A DNA stretch of 63,659 bases, filler included, from Octopus bimaculoides (Eukaryota): the NCBI RefSeq assembly GCF_001194135.2. It is 8 parts of 8 records of this genome, joined end to end, with 100 filler letters (N's around TTAATTAATTAA, not from the genome) between each part and the next. Parts side by side here need not be neighbours in the genome. Positions count along the whole stretch, not along the records: positions 29,035 to 38,309 come from NC_069000.1; positions 38,410 to 46,568 come from NC_068993.1; positions 46,669 to 57,529 come from NC_068989.1; 5 more parts are not named here. One strand, written 5' to 3'. A program made the position numbers and the translations under genes. Each line of letters opens with the position of its first letter. The stretch's first letter is position 1. Positions 35,173 through 47,285 of this stretch are shown one piece after another. The notes beneath the pieces are model-generated. The model searched no databases and was not told where the DNA came from. It saw only the letters and a program-made list of their open reading frames with translations.

Positions 35173-38100
35173 ATGCACACACTCCAAAGATGTTAGAGGT
35201 GCTGGTAATGCACATAAATTCATCGTCAGGGAACCAACTTACAAAAGCAAGAAATACGCTAAATGCTAAGGTTGCATACAAGTTATAACATTATATAGCT
35301 AAGTAAATGACCGTTAGAAACAAGAACGCTAGTTTACAGGGAGCTGTTAAGGGAGAGAGGCTAACCTGGAAGCTAAAGATATTATGATCAAATTTAACCT
35401 GCAAGATAGAACTGAACCTTTGGACCCTAAACAACCTCACTTTGTTCTTAAGGACCACAAAGAAGATTTTTGGCCCAAACCTTCTCTACGCCTTATTTGT
35501 CCCTCTAGATCAGACGTAGGCGTTCTTAGCAAAAACATTCTGGACAAATACATACCTACAATAGTAGATAAGTTAAAACTAAGACTATGGTCAAATTCTT
35601 CTCAAGTAATAGAATGGTTTATTTCAATTAAAGACAAGAGTAATACCAAATTTATACAGTTCGACATCTCTAGTTTCTACTCATCTATTAACCCTATTAT
35701 CCTTAACAAGGCACTTTGGTTCGCCCATAATAAGGCAGTTCTTTCTAGGGACGAAATTAGTGTAATATTAGTGGCTCGTAAATCAATTATAAAATTTAGC
35801 AATAAGCTATGGATTCGTAAGGATACTCCGGAGGCTTTTGATGTTCCTATGGGAAGTTCGGATTCAGCTCAAATAGCTGATGTAGTTTGTTCGTATATAT
35901 TATATGAAATGGCAGACCAGTTCCCAAACATTAATGGAGGTCTATACAGAGATGATTGTCTGCTATACCTCCATAGTGTCACTACCCAGCACATCCAAAA
36001 GGTTAAAAATAGATTAGCTAGATTCTTCTGGAGAATGGGTTTTGGCATCGTTTTTGAGGATGAGGTCTCCGTAGCCAACTTTCTAGATGTAACTTTAGAC
36101 TTACATAGTAACACACACTTTCCTTTTCATAAACCATCAACTTATCTCAGGTACATAAGCCCTTTTAGTAACCATCCTAGGTCTATCACTAGTAATTTGG
36201 TTAAGAGTATTTCAATCAGACTTTCTAAACTTTCCTCTAACTCCCACATTTTCAATAAAGAGGCTGACTTCTATAATTCAGCCTTTTTGAAGGCAGGTTA
36301 CAAAGACAAGGTAAGATACATCAATTCATTTAGTGATCTTTCGTCTTTTGTACAGTAGGATATCTCCTCTACTAGCAGGGATAAACCCAATTCTATTTTT
36401 TCCCCTTCTTCTCACTTAACTGAGAAAGTGTCACCTACTTATAATCATTCACATAAGAGAGGAGGCCTATCCGGCTCTAAACACTTTATTAAAAACAAAA
36501 AACTTAATTTATTCAGCTATACTAACACTGTACCTAGATCTGATGAAAATATCTGGTTCATCGTCCTGTTTAGGAAACAAGTTAAATCCAATTTGGTCTT
36601 GCAGTTCCGCGATGCGGTGAATAGGGACTTTCCTAGGGGTTCTCACTATTACCCAATCATCAACACACATAAGGTTAGATTTGGGTTTTCTAATACTAAA
36701 AATGTTACAGATAATATCTTCCCATAATTTTAGACTTTTAGATTCATCTCCAGTCAGCCATCCCAATTATGATGATAATAATAGTAATGATAATAACAAT
36801 AATAATAATAATTACTCTAGTAATTTTACACACTCATATGGTAGCAATAGTTATTTAGGTAAAAATATAGGTAATAAGTACAACATTAATAAATATAACA
36901 ATCACTATAACAACAATAAGATTAGTATCTCGGAATCTAATTGTAATAGAATTAAGTTTTTAAGTGTGAATGCTAGGACCAAAAATGTGGTTTATCAATG
37001 TAAGGTAACGACTAACACAGAGGTCTCGCATTATGTGGGTAGCTCCTCGACGCAGGTCTCCAAGAGAATTTCCAACCATTATTTTTCTTTAGGGATAGGA
37101 ATAAAATTAATAGTACCAGTCTAAGTAAATTAATCTGGAAACTTAAGGATTGCAATAAACAATTCTCTTTGGAATGGTCAATACTGGCTACCTCAATACC
37201 CTACGACAAGGGTAAAGATTTTTGTCCTCTCTAACTTGGAGCTATTCCACATTCTGTTCTCCAAGAATAATTTAGTAAACCAGATAACACAGAGAGCATA
37301 CAGATGCCAGCATTGGAGGAAACACACCTTCAGTTCTTTTCATTAATTTCATCCTTCTTACTAATTTTAGTTCTTATTTTTATTTTTTCACCTAATAACA
37401 TTCTCACTAGTGGACAGCCACCTTGCAAGTGGTATGTACAATCACCCAGCTTAGTATTTACCTTTAACTTTAGACAATAACAATAATAGTAATATTGATA
37501 ATAATAAATTTATTTTTATACTTATTATAATAACAATAACAACAATAACAAGAATAATATCGTTAAAATATTATCTTAAATAACAATTATATCTATCTCC
37601 AACGCCAATTGTTTTTACTCTTTCCCCTTCTATAGTTGGTTCAGCAAGTTTTTTCCAGTAAAGCTATATTAGTTGAGTTTGAAGCATACTAGTATTTTTA
37701 CATACATATTTTCGATCTTGTTCTCGTAAGCATGTTTATTATTATTATTTCATAACATTATAGTTTTGTACCTTGTATTACCATTTATTTAGGTTAATAA
37801 CCGTATCTTAATACAATACAATGCTATGATTGTTTAATTAATTATATTTACAATCTATACTTAATTTTACCTCAGTATATAAGTTTGTTGACATAAGGAG
37901 TAATATATAAAGAATCCATTGGATTCTCTCCCTTTCTCCTTTACTAAGATTTCTTGTTTACCATTATTATGAACTTTAGATTTTTGGATTTTACTGCGGT
38001 TCATTATGTCTTCTTTTAATTTAAACTTTTAATATAGCGTTCATAGCCTCTCTCCCTTAACAGCTCCCTGTAAACTAGCGTTCTTGTTTCTAAGAGTCAT

Positions 38101-38309
38101 TTACTTAGCTATATAATGTTATAACTCATACGCAAGCTTAACATTTAGCGCATGTCTTGCTTATGTAAGTTGGTTCCCTGACAATGAATTTATGTGCATT
38201 TCCAGCACCTCTAACTTCTTAAGAGTAGAGTGCACATAAATTTTGAAACATATTTGGAAATTAAAGGAGCTTATTGATCATACACGTTTTGATCCATTTA
38301 TTGTTATTC
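35172..38309 (+). mobile_element. 5'-truncated Penelope-like retroelement: inverted 5' pLTR, RT, Asn-rich linker, GIY-YIG, 3' pLTR
   Basis: RT: LKDHK..RLICPSRS, QFDISSFYSSI, PMGSSDS, YRDD, NFLDVTLDL. GIY-YIG: VVYQC...YVGSS...KRISNH...LSKLIW. One in-frame TAG (36356-36358) and frameshifts. 35172-35363 is the reverse complement of about 38044-38236. Confidence 0.92.
38174..38259 (+). ncRNA. Degenerate type I hammerhead in the Penelope 3' pLTR
   Basis: TTCC-CTGACAA-AATTTATGTGCA/TGCACATAAATT stem II-GAAAC-ATATTT-GGAA. The inverted 5' copy keeps intact CTGACGA (35223-35229, minus). Confidence 0.6.
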
Positions 38310-38409
38310 NNNNNNNNNNNNNNNNNNNNNNNNNNNNNNNNNNNNNNNNNNNNTTAATTAATTAANNNNNNNNNNNNNNNNNNNNNNNNNNNNNNNNNNN
38401 NNNNNNNNN
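38310..38409. other. Artificial scaffold spacer
   Basis: 44N-TTAATTAATTAA-44N. Confidence 0.95.
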
Positions 38410-39118
38410 TATATATATATATATATATGTATGTATCTATCTATCTATATACGCGCGGTCAATATAGTATGCGGTCTACTGAGTTGTCAAACAGTATACC
38501 CAGGGTTATCTACCTTAAACGTTCAGTTTGTAAAGGAAATCAATTTTTCCATGTGTCTGGAAACATTTTATTCTATTTAAATTTTTATATTTGTTTTCTT
38601 TTCTGTTTTTGATTTATTTATAAAATTTTTTCATTCATTTTTTTATTACTTTTAATTTTCATTCCTTTATTGATTTTGTATTATTTTTCTTTTTTCTATC
38701 CCTTGGTTCACACACTCACGCATACACACACACATCCTTATTCATACACATACACACCTCTGTACACACCCATCCATAGATACATGCACAGCCACAACCA
38801 CAGAGAGGCACATATGCATACACACTCACATGGAGGTTCCCCCATACATACACACACACGCACATATACATGCACAGTCAGACACGCACACATATCCATA
38901 CCCACAAAAACACGTACACACGCTGCCACACACACACACACACATACTGACCATCTTCACACTCTCCTGTCCTGGAAGCCACTTTCTTTTTCTCCTTCCA
39001 CTTCCGGTCACTTCAGAAATGTAACCGCACGTGGATTCTTCTTTCTTTCTCTATGGACTTCCCTGTTTCCGACCAAGAGCTATGCTCGAAACACCTCTCT
39101 CCTTTCACCGAGCATCAA

Positions 39119-39175
<57 letters not shown>

Positions 39176-39203
39176 AAACATGAAACAGAAGTTATAGGAG
39201 AGA

Positions 39204-39403
39204 GCATGCAGAAAGAAGGAGGAAAAGAGTGATGGAGAGAGTAGAAGTAAGTAAATACGGGAATGTTGCAGAGAGAGGGTGGGAGGAGGATTAATTCTTT
39301 TTTATCCTTTTTATTCCGCTTTCCACCCCCTCTCTGCAACATTCCCGTATTTACTTACCTCTACTCTCTCCATCACTCTTTTCCTCCTCCTCCATTCTGC
39401 ATG
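39204..39403. repeat. Inverted repeat, about 80-bp arms with a 40-bp spacer
   Basis: GAGTGATGGAGAGAGTAGAAGTAAGTAAATACGGGAATGTTGCAGAGAG versus CTCTCTGCAACATTCCCGTATTTACTTACCTCTACTCTCTCCATCACTC. Confidence 0.85.
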
Positions 39404-40454
39404 NNNNNNNNNNNNNNNNNNNNNNNNNNNNNNNNNNNNNNNNNNNNNNNNNNNNNNNNNNNNNNNNNNNNNNNNNNNNNNNNNNNNNNNNNNNNNNNNN
39501 NNNNNNNNNNNNNNNNNNNNNNNNNNNNNNNNNNNNNNNNNNNNNNNNNNNNNNNNNNNNNNNNNNNNNNNNNNNNNNNNNNNNNNNNNNNNNNNNNNNN
39601 NNNNNNNNNNNNNNNNNNNNNNNNNNNNNNNNNNNNNNNNNNNNNNNNNNNNNNNNNNNNNNNNNNNNNNNNNNNNNNNNNNNNNNNNNNNNNNNNNNNN
39701 NNNNNNNNNNNNNNNNNNNNNNNNNNNNNNNNNNNNNNNNNNNNNNNNNNNNNNNNNNNNNNNNNNNNNNNNNNNNNNNNNNNNNNNNNNNNNNNNNNNN
39801 NNNNNNNNNNNNNNNNNNNNNNNNNNNNNNNNNNNNNNNNNNNNNNNNNNNNNNNNNNNNNNNNNNNNNNNNNNNNNNNNNNNNNNNNNNNNNNNNNNNN
39901 NNNNNNNNNNNNNNNNNNNNNNNNNNNNNNNNNNNNNNNNNNNNNNNNNNNNNNNNNNNNNNNNNNNNNNNNNNNNNNNNNNNNNNNNNNNNNNNNNNNN
40001 NNNNNNNNNNNNNNNNNNNNNNNNNNNNNNNNNNNNNNNNNCACAGTTTTGGATAATTCTATAATTCTTTATTAGCGCTTTCATTCGTTTTTCGAACTCG
40101 TCTAGACAAAATCAAAATGGTGAAAACAGAACATTTCGTTGCTCATTTATATGAATCGGATGCTTCTTTGCTTTGTTTGGAAGAGGAGAATATTGTTTTT
40201 GTTTCCGGGAAAAAGGAGGCGAGAAAGAAAGGAAAGCAGAACGCACACACAGGGTGCGGACAGTATTAATTCACAATTTTCAGCTACTAATTGTACACGT
40301 ATTTTTCTTCTTCTTTTTTTCCTTTTTACTTTCAGTTGCCATCCACCAAACACACTCACAAGACTTTGGACAGCCCGAGACTATAATGGAAGACACTTGG
40401 CCAAGGTGCGACGCAGTGGGACTGAACCTGGAACAATGAGGTTGGAAAACAAAC

Positions 40455-40885
40455 TTCTTACCACAAAGCCATACCTGCAGGAGCAAATAAGCCCAACGGT
40501 AGATTCATAATCAAAGTCCGGTTTGTAGTTGTTAAGATTTGTATGTCATATCCTAGATATATAGATCTCGGTCGTATCCACTCAATTACAGTTATTAACA
40601 ATATTGAGCTCTTCAGAATTAATCTTAAGGGTAGACCTAGATGCATGCTTACTATTGCTATAAAGCTCCCTACAAATTACGTTATTATGTTTATGTTAAA
40701 GAAATTTCCTATTTTGTCGGGATGCACAAGTACCCCTGATACTTAACTGAACTTTCTGATGAGGTTGACCAGTTTCTTTCGGTATTCATTCCGTAATGGG
40801 TATTTTTTGAATTTCATAGTCCAAATCATACTAATTAAATCCTTCTCGAATCTTGCGAAATAGGGGTTTGATATTCTGCGTTTGT
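40455..40885 (-). mobile_element. Penelope-like RT N-terminal remnant
   Basis: FEKDLISMIWTMKFKK...RKKL...LVHPDKIGN and NYKPDFDYESTVGLICSCR, compare LKDHKEDFWPKPSLRLICPSR at 35450. Confidence 0.6.
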
Positions 40886-41200
40886 TGGAATGATAAGCCT
40901 TTCACCGCATGAATTGTACGAAGTCGACTACATACATATCTATAAAAAACTAGCGTCCTTTGAATTGATCTGCTCATCTGTCTGTGTCAGAAATCATTAC
41001 TCTAAGGCCAATGAGTGGCGTGATGATGAACTTGTAGAGCGTGAAACAAAACCGTATGCGACGCTAATTTACGTTCCTTCAGTGTCTGCGATCAGATCCT
41101 GCCAGGGTCTGTTTTTTGCGTGTCGACCGTCATCGGTCAATAAAATAAATACTTGTTAAATTAGATTTAATTAGCTTTACTTCACTCCTAAAGTTTTAAT

Positions 41201-41567
41201 AAGGCGGCGAGCTGGCAGAATCGTTAGCACGCCGGGCGAAATGCTTAGCGGTATTTCGTCTGCCGTTACGTTCTGAGTTCAAATTCCGCCGAGGTCGACT
41301 TTGCCTTTCATCCTTTCGGGGTCGATAAATTAAGTACCAGTTACGCACTGGGGTCGATGTAATCGACTTAATCCGTTCGTCTGTTCTTGTTTGTTCCCTC
41401 TATGTTTAGCCCCTTGTGGGCAATAACGAAATAGGTATTTCATCCGTCTTGACGTTCTGAGTTCAAATTCCGTCGAGGTCGACTTTACCTTTCATCCTTT
41501 GAGGGTGGATGTAATCGACTAGTCTCCACACCACCAAATTTCAGGTCTTGTGCCTTTAGTAGAAGGG

Positions 41568-41575
<8 letters not shown>
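41201..41575 (+). mobile_element. Well-preserved family A SINE followed by a truncated second copy
   Basis: GGCGGCGAGCTGGCAGAATCGTTAGCACGCCGGGCGAAATGCTTAGCGG...GAGTTCAAATTCCGCCGAGGTCGAC. Confidence 0.9.
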
Positions 41576-41599
<24 letters not shown>

Positions 41600-42904
41600 A
41601 CAAAACATCCACACAGACGAAACAAAGAAAACAAGGACGGATCATTCGGAGATTTCTATCCCCAGTCGAGTTCCAGATTATCTTTGCAATTTCGGCTGGT
41701 TATACTCGAGATTACTCCAATCTGGCCAGCCCCAAGGAAAAACTAAGCTAAGAGTATTAAATTCCTTGGAAGAAAGCAGCGAATGTATACGAAAACAAGG
41801 ACGGAACAAACGGAGAATGTTACACGAATACAAATGCAAATAAGAGGACATGACAACAGGTGTCTTTCGACTAAGGACGAATTAAATTAAGCTGGCGTGT
41901 GTGGAAGTAAAGCCTTGCGGCAGGGACATAAGATTTGACAGGCACAGGGAGGAATATAGATGTTGGACGGATGGTAGTCGAACCAAGAAAGAAACGTCAC
42001 GTGGGGAGAGAAGAGAGAGAGGTAGAGGCAGAGAGATCACTTCACTGCGTCCCTTTCGTTTTTTTTCTCTCTCCCGTCCTTAATTCTTCTATCTCTCTTA
42101 TCGTTTATGCATATGTAACAGAGAAGAACAAAATATTCTGATTCACCAAACCAGAATTTAATGAGTTCGAGCCACTCACCCAATGAGTATTTCTGCCAAA
42201 TTTGGTGAAAATTCGTTCAGCAGTTTCCTAGTAATTTTGCAAACACACAGACAAGCAGACGAAGATGAGTGGATACAATAAACTGCTTTCGCCAACACGC
42301 GCAGAGTAAATATATATGCATACAAACATGTACTTTCATACTTATGTATGTGTACATATATTTGTGTGTGTGTGTGTGTTTAAATCATTTTTTGATACAT
42401 TCTATTACATTTTCAGACATGTCATTGAGACAGTTACGAACCTCTTTCAGTCTCGTGCGGTAATACTTTGAAATCTGAGGCGTTTGTTGGTAAAGAGACT
42501 GCCAAATACTGTTACAACAAACAGGAAATAATAGCTTTTGCAGAATTTGAGCATATTATCACTTGTCAACAGTGACAGATGATTAGATTTAATAATTAAT
42601 GTCAGTACAAATAGAGAAGAAAACGAAAGTAAATAAAAACAATGTGGGCATGTGTGTGTATGTGTGCGTGGGTGTGCGTGTGTGTTTGCATGTTTGTGTG
42701 TGTAATTCTTCTCATATTGAATACGTTTGTAAAAATCTTGTCACGAATGGCGAAAAAGCTGGCTGGCCTCTACTAGGAATAAAGCTCTTTTCATTGAAAT
42801 TTAAAACAGCAACTGGGTATTCGTCTGTGTATGATGCATGTATTGTTGCATGAATCTATGTATGTATGTAGGTAGGTATGCGTATAACCAAATATCCTTT
42901 CTAT

Positions 42905-43190
42905 TATAGGCACGAGGCCCTAAATTCATAGGGAGGAGGCTAATCGATTTCACAGACTCCGAAAGGATGAAAGGCAAAGTTAATCTGGACGGAATTTGAA
43001 CTCAAAACGTAATGACAAGCGAAATGCCGCTAAGCATTTTACCACGCATGTTAACGATTCTGCCAAGGTTAGCTTTGCCTTTCATCCTTTCTGGGTCGAT
43101 AAATTAAGTACCAGTTGAGTACTGGGTTGATGTAATCGACTGCCCCCTCCCCAAATTTCAGACCTTGTGCCTGTAGTAGAAAAGATTATT
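42905..43190. mobile_element. Head-to-head family A SINE pair
   Basis: GAAAGGATGAAAGGCAAAG (42961) versus CTTTGCCTTTCATCCTTTC (about 43073). Confidence 0.75.
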
Positions 43191-44719
43191 ATTATTATAA
43201 CTGAGTGAGAGAGCAGTGCAAGCCATCAAAGTGACATCATGACTACCCGTCTGACTGAGGTACACCAGGCGCATGCATCACAACCATATGTGCACAATTA
43301 TTATTATTATTATTATTGTTGTTGTTGTTGCTGTTGTTATTGTTGTTGCTATGATGAAAGATGTGTGGTGGCACGCTGGACTAAATATTTAACAACGTTT
43401 CGTCCGTCTTTACGTTCTGAGTTCATTCATATTCTGCTGGGCGTATCCCTTCAGAGCAAGCTGAACTCTTTTCAAGAAAAATATGGCAAAATGTTAATTT
43501 AGCGTGACATATCCATGAGTTCGGACATATGCCAATTGTATTCCATTTGAAAGCCATAGCCTAAGCGTACTCCTCCATCTCATAAAGAACTGACGATTTC
43601 ACACTGATATAAATTTACTTCGGATGAAGGTAAAAATCTCGGGTAAAAAATTCTAATAAAAGTCTCAGCCCTGCCACCAGAACTAAATTTCTTATGGGTG
43701 ATGAAATGTGTGGTTTTGGAAGACACTAGCACGCTGCTAGAAATAGAAAGATTCTAAAAAAACAAATTGGGTCGGGATGGTTTTGGATATTTGAATTCCG
43801 GGGAAACTTGAGAAACAGGACAAAATACACAGCAACTACAATACACAGTAACAACCACAGTAACTACAACAATAGCATGAAACTGCAGCTGCAGTGATTG
43901 AAACATCAGCTGCAAAACTGGGAGCCGCACTTACAACACCAGCAATACCAACAGTAGAAACAACACCAACAAAATCAACTGACAATAAGCCACAATCAAG
44001 AGCCATCACATCATCAACAACAGAACGACAACAACAATTACAAATGAAACACCACAAACAGCAACAAGACAAAAAGATTGTCTCCCAAGACTTGTCCGTC
44101 TCTACTGTTGCATGGTGAAGGTGTCGGTTAAGAACCTAAACAGCAACAAGTTACTAATGCAAAAACAAAAAGAAAAGAAAAACACCAACACAAAAAACAA
44201 ACTGGCAGATATGAACATATGAGGTGGGAGCTGCTTTTGAGCAACAATGCACCAACCCCCCACTCTAACAACAACTACATCGTCACCACCACGGCCATTA
44301 TCACAGACACCACCTTTACAATAACAAGCACAATCTAATTCACTCGTAACAACAGGTAAATCATGCACTCCAACAACAAGATAAAGAAATCATTAACTAC
44401 ACAGCCGTACACAAAAGCAATAAAGAACTAATGGATCACATATACCAACATAACAAGTATTACACTTATGTGTGTGAGTGTGTGTGCGTGCGTGCGTATA
44501 TGCGTGCGTGTATACACATACGCACGCTCATATGATGAATTGAGCGAGGGGGTTCAGCATCGGCTAGATGGCCTCGCAGTATCCTAGGTCTCTGCATTGT
44601 TAGTTCAAAATACGTTTCTGGGTCGATAAATAAACTGCCATCCGCCCGACTGTCTCCACTTCGGAAAGAACCACATCAATGCCCAAGGCTCACAAATTAC
44701 TGTGACAGAAAATTCTGTG

Positions 44720-44952
44720 ATTCCCCTCCTTGGAACTTTCCAGGCAGTAATTCCTCCCCTCCTCTCCTTCCTTGGAACTTTCCAGGAAGTAATTCCTCCG
44801 CCTCCTCATCTTCCTTGGAACTTTCCAGGAAGTACTTCTCCCCTTCTTTGGAACTTTCCAGGAAGTAATTCTCCTCCATCCCTCCTAGGAACTTTCCAGG
44901 AAGTAATTCCTCCCCCTTTTCGTAACTTTCCAGGAAGTTATTCCTCCCCCTC
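44720..44952. repeat. Minisatellite, six units of 33-43 bp with core GGAACTTTCCAGGAAGTAATT
   Basis: Cores at 44732, 44774, 44817, 44850, 44888 and about 44922. Confidence 0.92.
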
Positions 44953-46470
44953 CTCACCATAACTCGGGCTCCTTTTATTGAACCTGGTCGCAGTCAATTT
45001 ATTTTCGTTCATCGTCTGGCGGTCGTCCCAGAGGTACCCTGTCTCAAAAAATATCATTCGTAGCAGACGTTCTCTCGACATCGTTCACACGCACCTGACT
45101 CAGGCTCACAAGTTACAGCCAAGTTGTTATCTATAATCGTAAAAATTCAATGTTTTCTTGAAACAATAAATTTCTTTTGTTGATTAGGATTTAAATTCCA
45201 ATCTATGAAAAGTTTCCGTTCTACAATATTCTTAAAGGAAGGAACAATTATTCAGCAACTCTGGCTGCTACGAACGAACTTGGTAGGTGTAAAAGTCATC
45301 TCTTGTCAAGAGTACAGGCGACAGTCAGGTCGCTGATGTTTGTTGTTTACTCCGCTGTTCTTATTTGATTGCTGTTATTCTGTGCATCTGCGGGTAAAGA
45401 TCTGTTGTGTTTTGCAGGGTTGCTTTATTCTTACCTTTAACTTAGAAATGGAGAAAGACATATTGCTAGATATAACAAAAAAAAAAACCCATTTGTGGTT
45501 NNNNNNNNNNNNNNNNNNNNNNNNNNNNNNNNNNNNNNNNNNNNNNNNNNNNNNNNNNNNNNNNNNNNNNNNNNNNNNNNNNNNNNNNNNNNNNNNNNNN
45601 NNNNNNNNNNNNNNNNNNNNNNNNNNNNNNNNNNNNNNNNNNNNNNNNNNNNNNNNNNNNNNNNNNNNNNNNNNNNNNNNNNNNNNNNNNNNNNNNNNNN
45701 NNNNNNNNNNNNNNNNNNNNNNNNNNNNNNNNNNNNNNNNNNNNNNNNNNNNNNNNNNNNNNNNNNNNNNNNNNNNNNNNNNNNNNNNNNNNNNNNNNNN
45801 NNNNNNNNNNNNNAAAAGCAGGAGCGCACACAAGGACGGAAAGTGTCGCTGAAGGGGTCACAGATGTGTGACGAAAGATTTCCGGACAGTGGACATGAGT
45901 TGAAATAAGAACAGTAATAAACGTATGAAGAACGAATATATAGTGTGTGTTTTTATTTGGCAAAAAAACGACCATCAAGAAATACAATGTGTATGTATCT
46001 ACACATGTGTGTGTGTACACATGAACATGTGTTAATAAGTGATGAGAAAAGTCAGATGAAATGTGTGTGTGCGTGTGTGTGGCACTTAGGCGCTTTAAGT
46101 GCAAAGAATATTTGTAATTTTATACCGAAATGGCGCCCTGCTATAATTCGTCTCTTGAATATAAGCCATGACATACTTGAAATTTAAATAGCTTTAATGT
46201 TTGTATATGTAAGAGAATTCTAAGAAATGTCGGGTTGGTAAGGTTATGATTGAGGACAATATAACAAGGAAATTAGAAGACTACGCCTTATATTTTACAA
46301 GGCCAAAAATCAAGTTGTGCTTTCTGATTATATGTGAGAAAATCGTTTTATGCGTGCAGAGTACAATGAAAGAATATGGGAAATGCTTAACATGGGAAAT
46401 ACTTAATTGCTTACATAAGCTAGAAATGAAGTTTTAAAAAATAGTTCAATAAGGTTTTCTACACATAATA

Positions 46471-46568
46471 CAGTAATCCTTTGACTATCGCAGGTGCTAC
46501 GTTCCAAACCACTCCCCTCACGCGGTACGTGAAAATCCTCAAAGTAGAATCAGAAATCTGTACTGTAC
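46471..46568 (+). mobile_element. pogo/Tigger-like element 5' end
   Basis: TA|CAGTAATCCTTTGACTATCGCAGGTGCTACGTTCCA...GTGAAAATCC..AAGTAGA; cut by the spacer. Confidence 0.55.
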
Positions 46569-46668
46569 NNNNNNNNNNNNNNNNNNNNNNNNNNNNNNNN
46601 NNNNNNNNNNNNTTAATTAATTAANNNNNNNNNNNNNNNNNNNNNNNNNNNNNNNNNNNNNNNNNNNN
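46569..46668. other. Artificial scaffold spacer
   Basis: 44N-TTAATTAATTAA-44N. Confidence 0.95.
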
Positions 46669-46724
46669 ATATATATCATATATATATATATACATATATA
46701 TCATATATATGTATATATGTCCGA

Positions 46725-47282
46725 CCCAGTTAAGAGTAACCTTGATGCATTGGGCGATATGATATGCTTGAGAAGACCTGTTGAGTCAAGTAAAACCAAT
46801 ATCATAGATGTGGCCAGTGCCCACTGACTGTCTCCCGTGCTGGTGGCAAGTAAAAAGCACCATCCAAACGTGGTCAATGCCAGTACCCCATGACTGGCTC
46901 CTGTGCTGGTGGCATGTAAAAAATCTCTATCCGAAGGTGATCAACACCAGGGCTGCCTGACTGGTTCCCGTTGCTAGTGGCACTTAAAACTACCATCTGA
47001 AAGTCACCAATGCCAGTACCCTCTGACTGGCCTCCATGCTGGTGACACATAAAAAGCACTATCCGGACTTGGTCAATGTCAGGCCTGCCTGACTCGCTAC
47101 TGTGCTGCTGGCACATAAAGAGCACCCACTTCACTCTCAGAGTGGTTGGCGTTAGGAAGGGCATCCAGCTGTAGAAACATTGCCAGATCAGATTGGAGCC
47201 TGGCTCTCCAGACCTCAGTCAAACCATTCAACCCATGCCAGCATGAGAAACAGACATTAAACGATGATGATGGTGATGATGA
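46725..47282 (+). mobile_element. RTE-type 3' end carrying about six roughly 62-bp tandem units and a (GAT)n tail
   Basis: Repeated TGACTGG...GTGCTGGTGGCA..TAAAAAGCAC units, then the same GTTAGGAAGGGCATCCA...TTAAACGATGATG tail as at 32340-32465. Confidence 0.65.
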
Positions 47283-47285
47283 TAC

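Noticed and set aside
41690-41750. GGCTGG/CCAGCC-GAAA on the minus strand as a hammerhead
   Set aside because: The upstream CUGANGA box is absent.
43830-44460. Thr/Gln-rich ORFs as a mucin-like exon
   Set aside because: Degenerate (CAA/ACA)n low-complexity sequence with short frames and no splice support.
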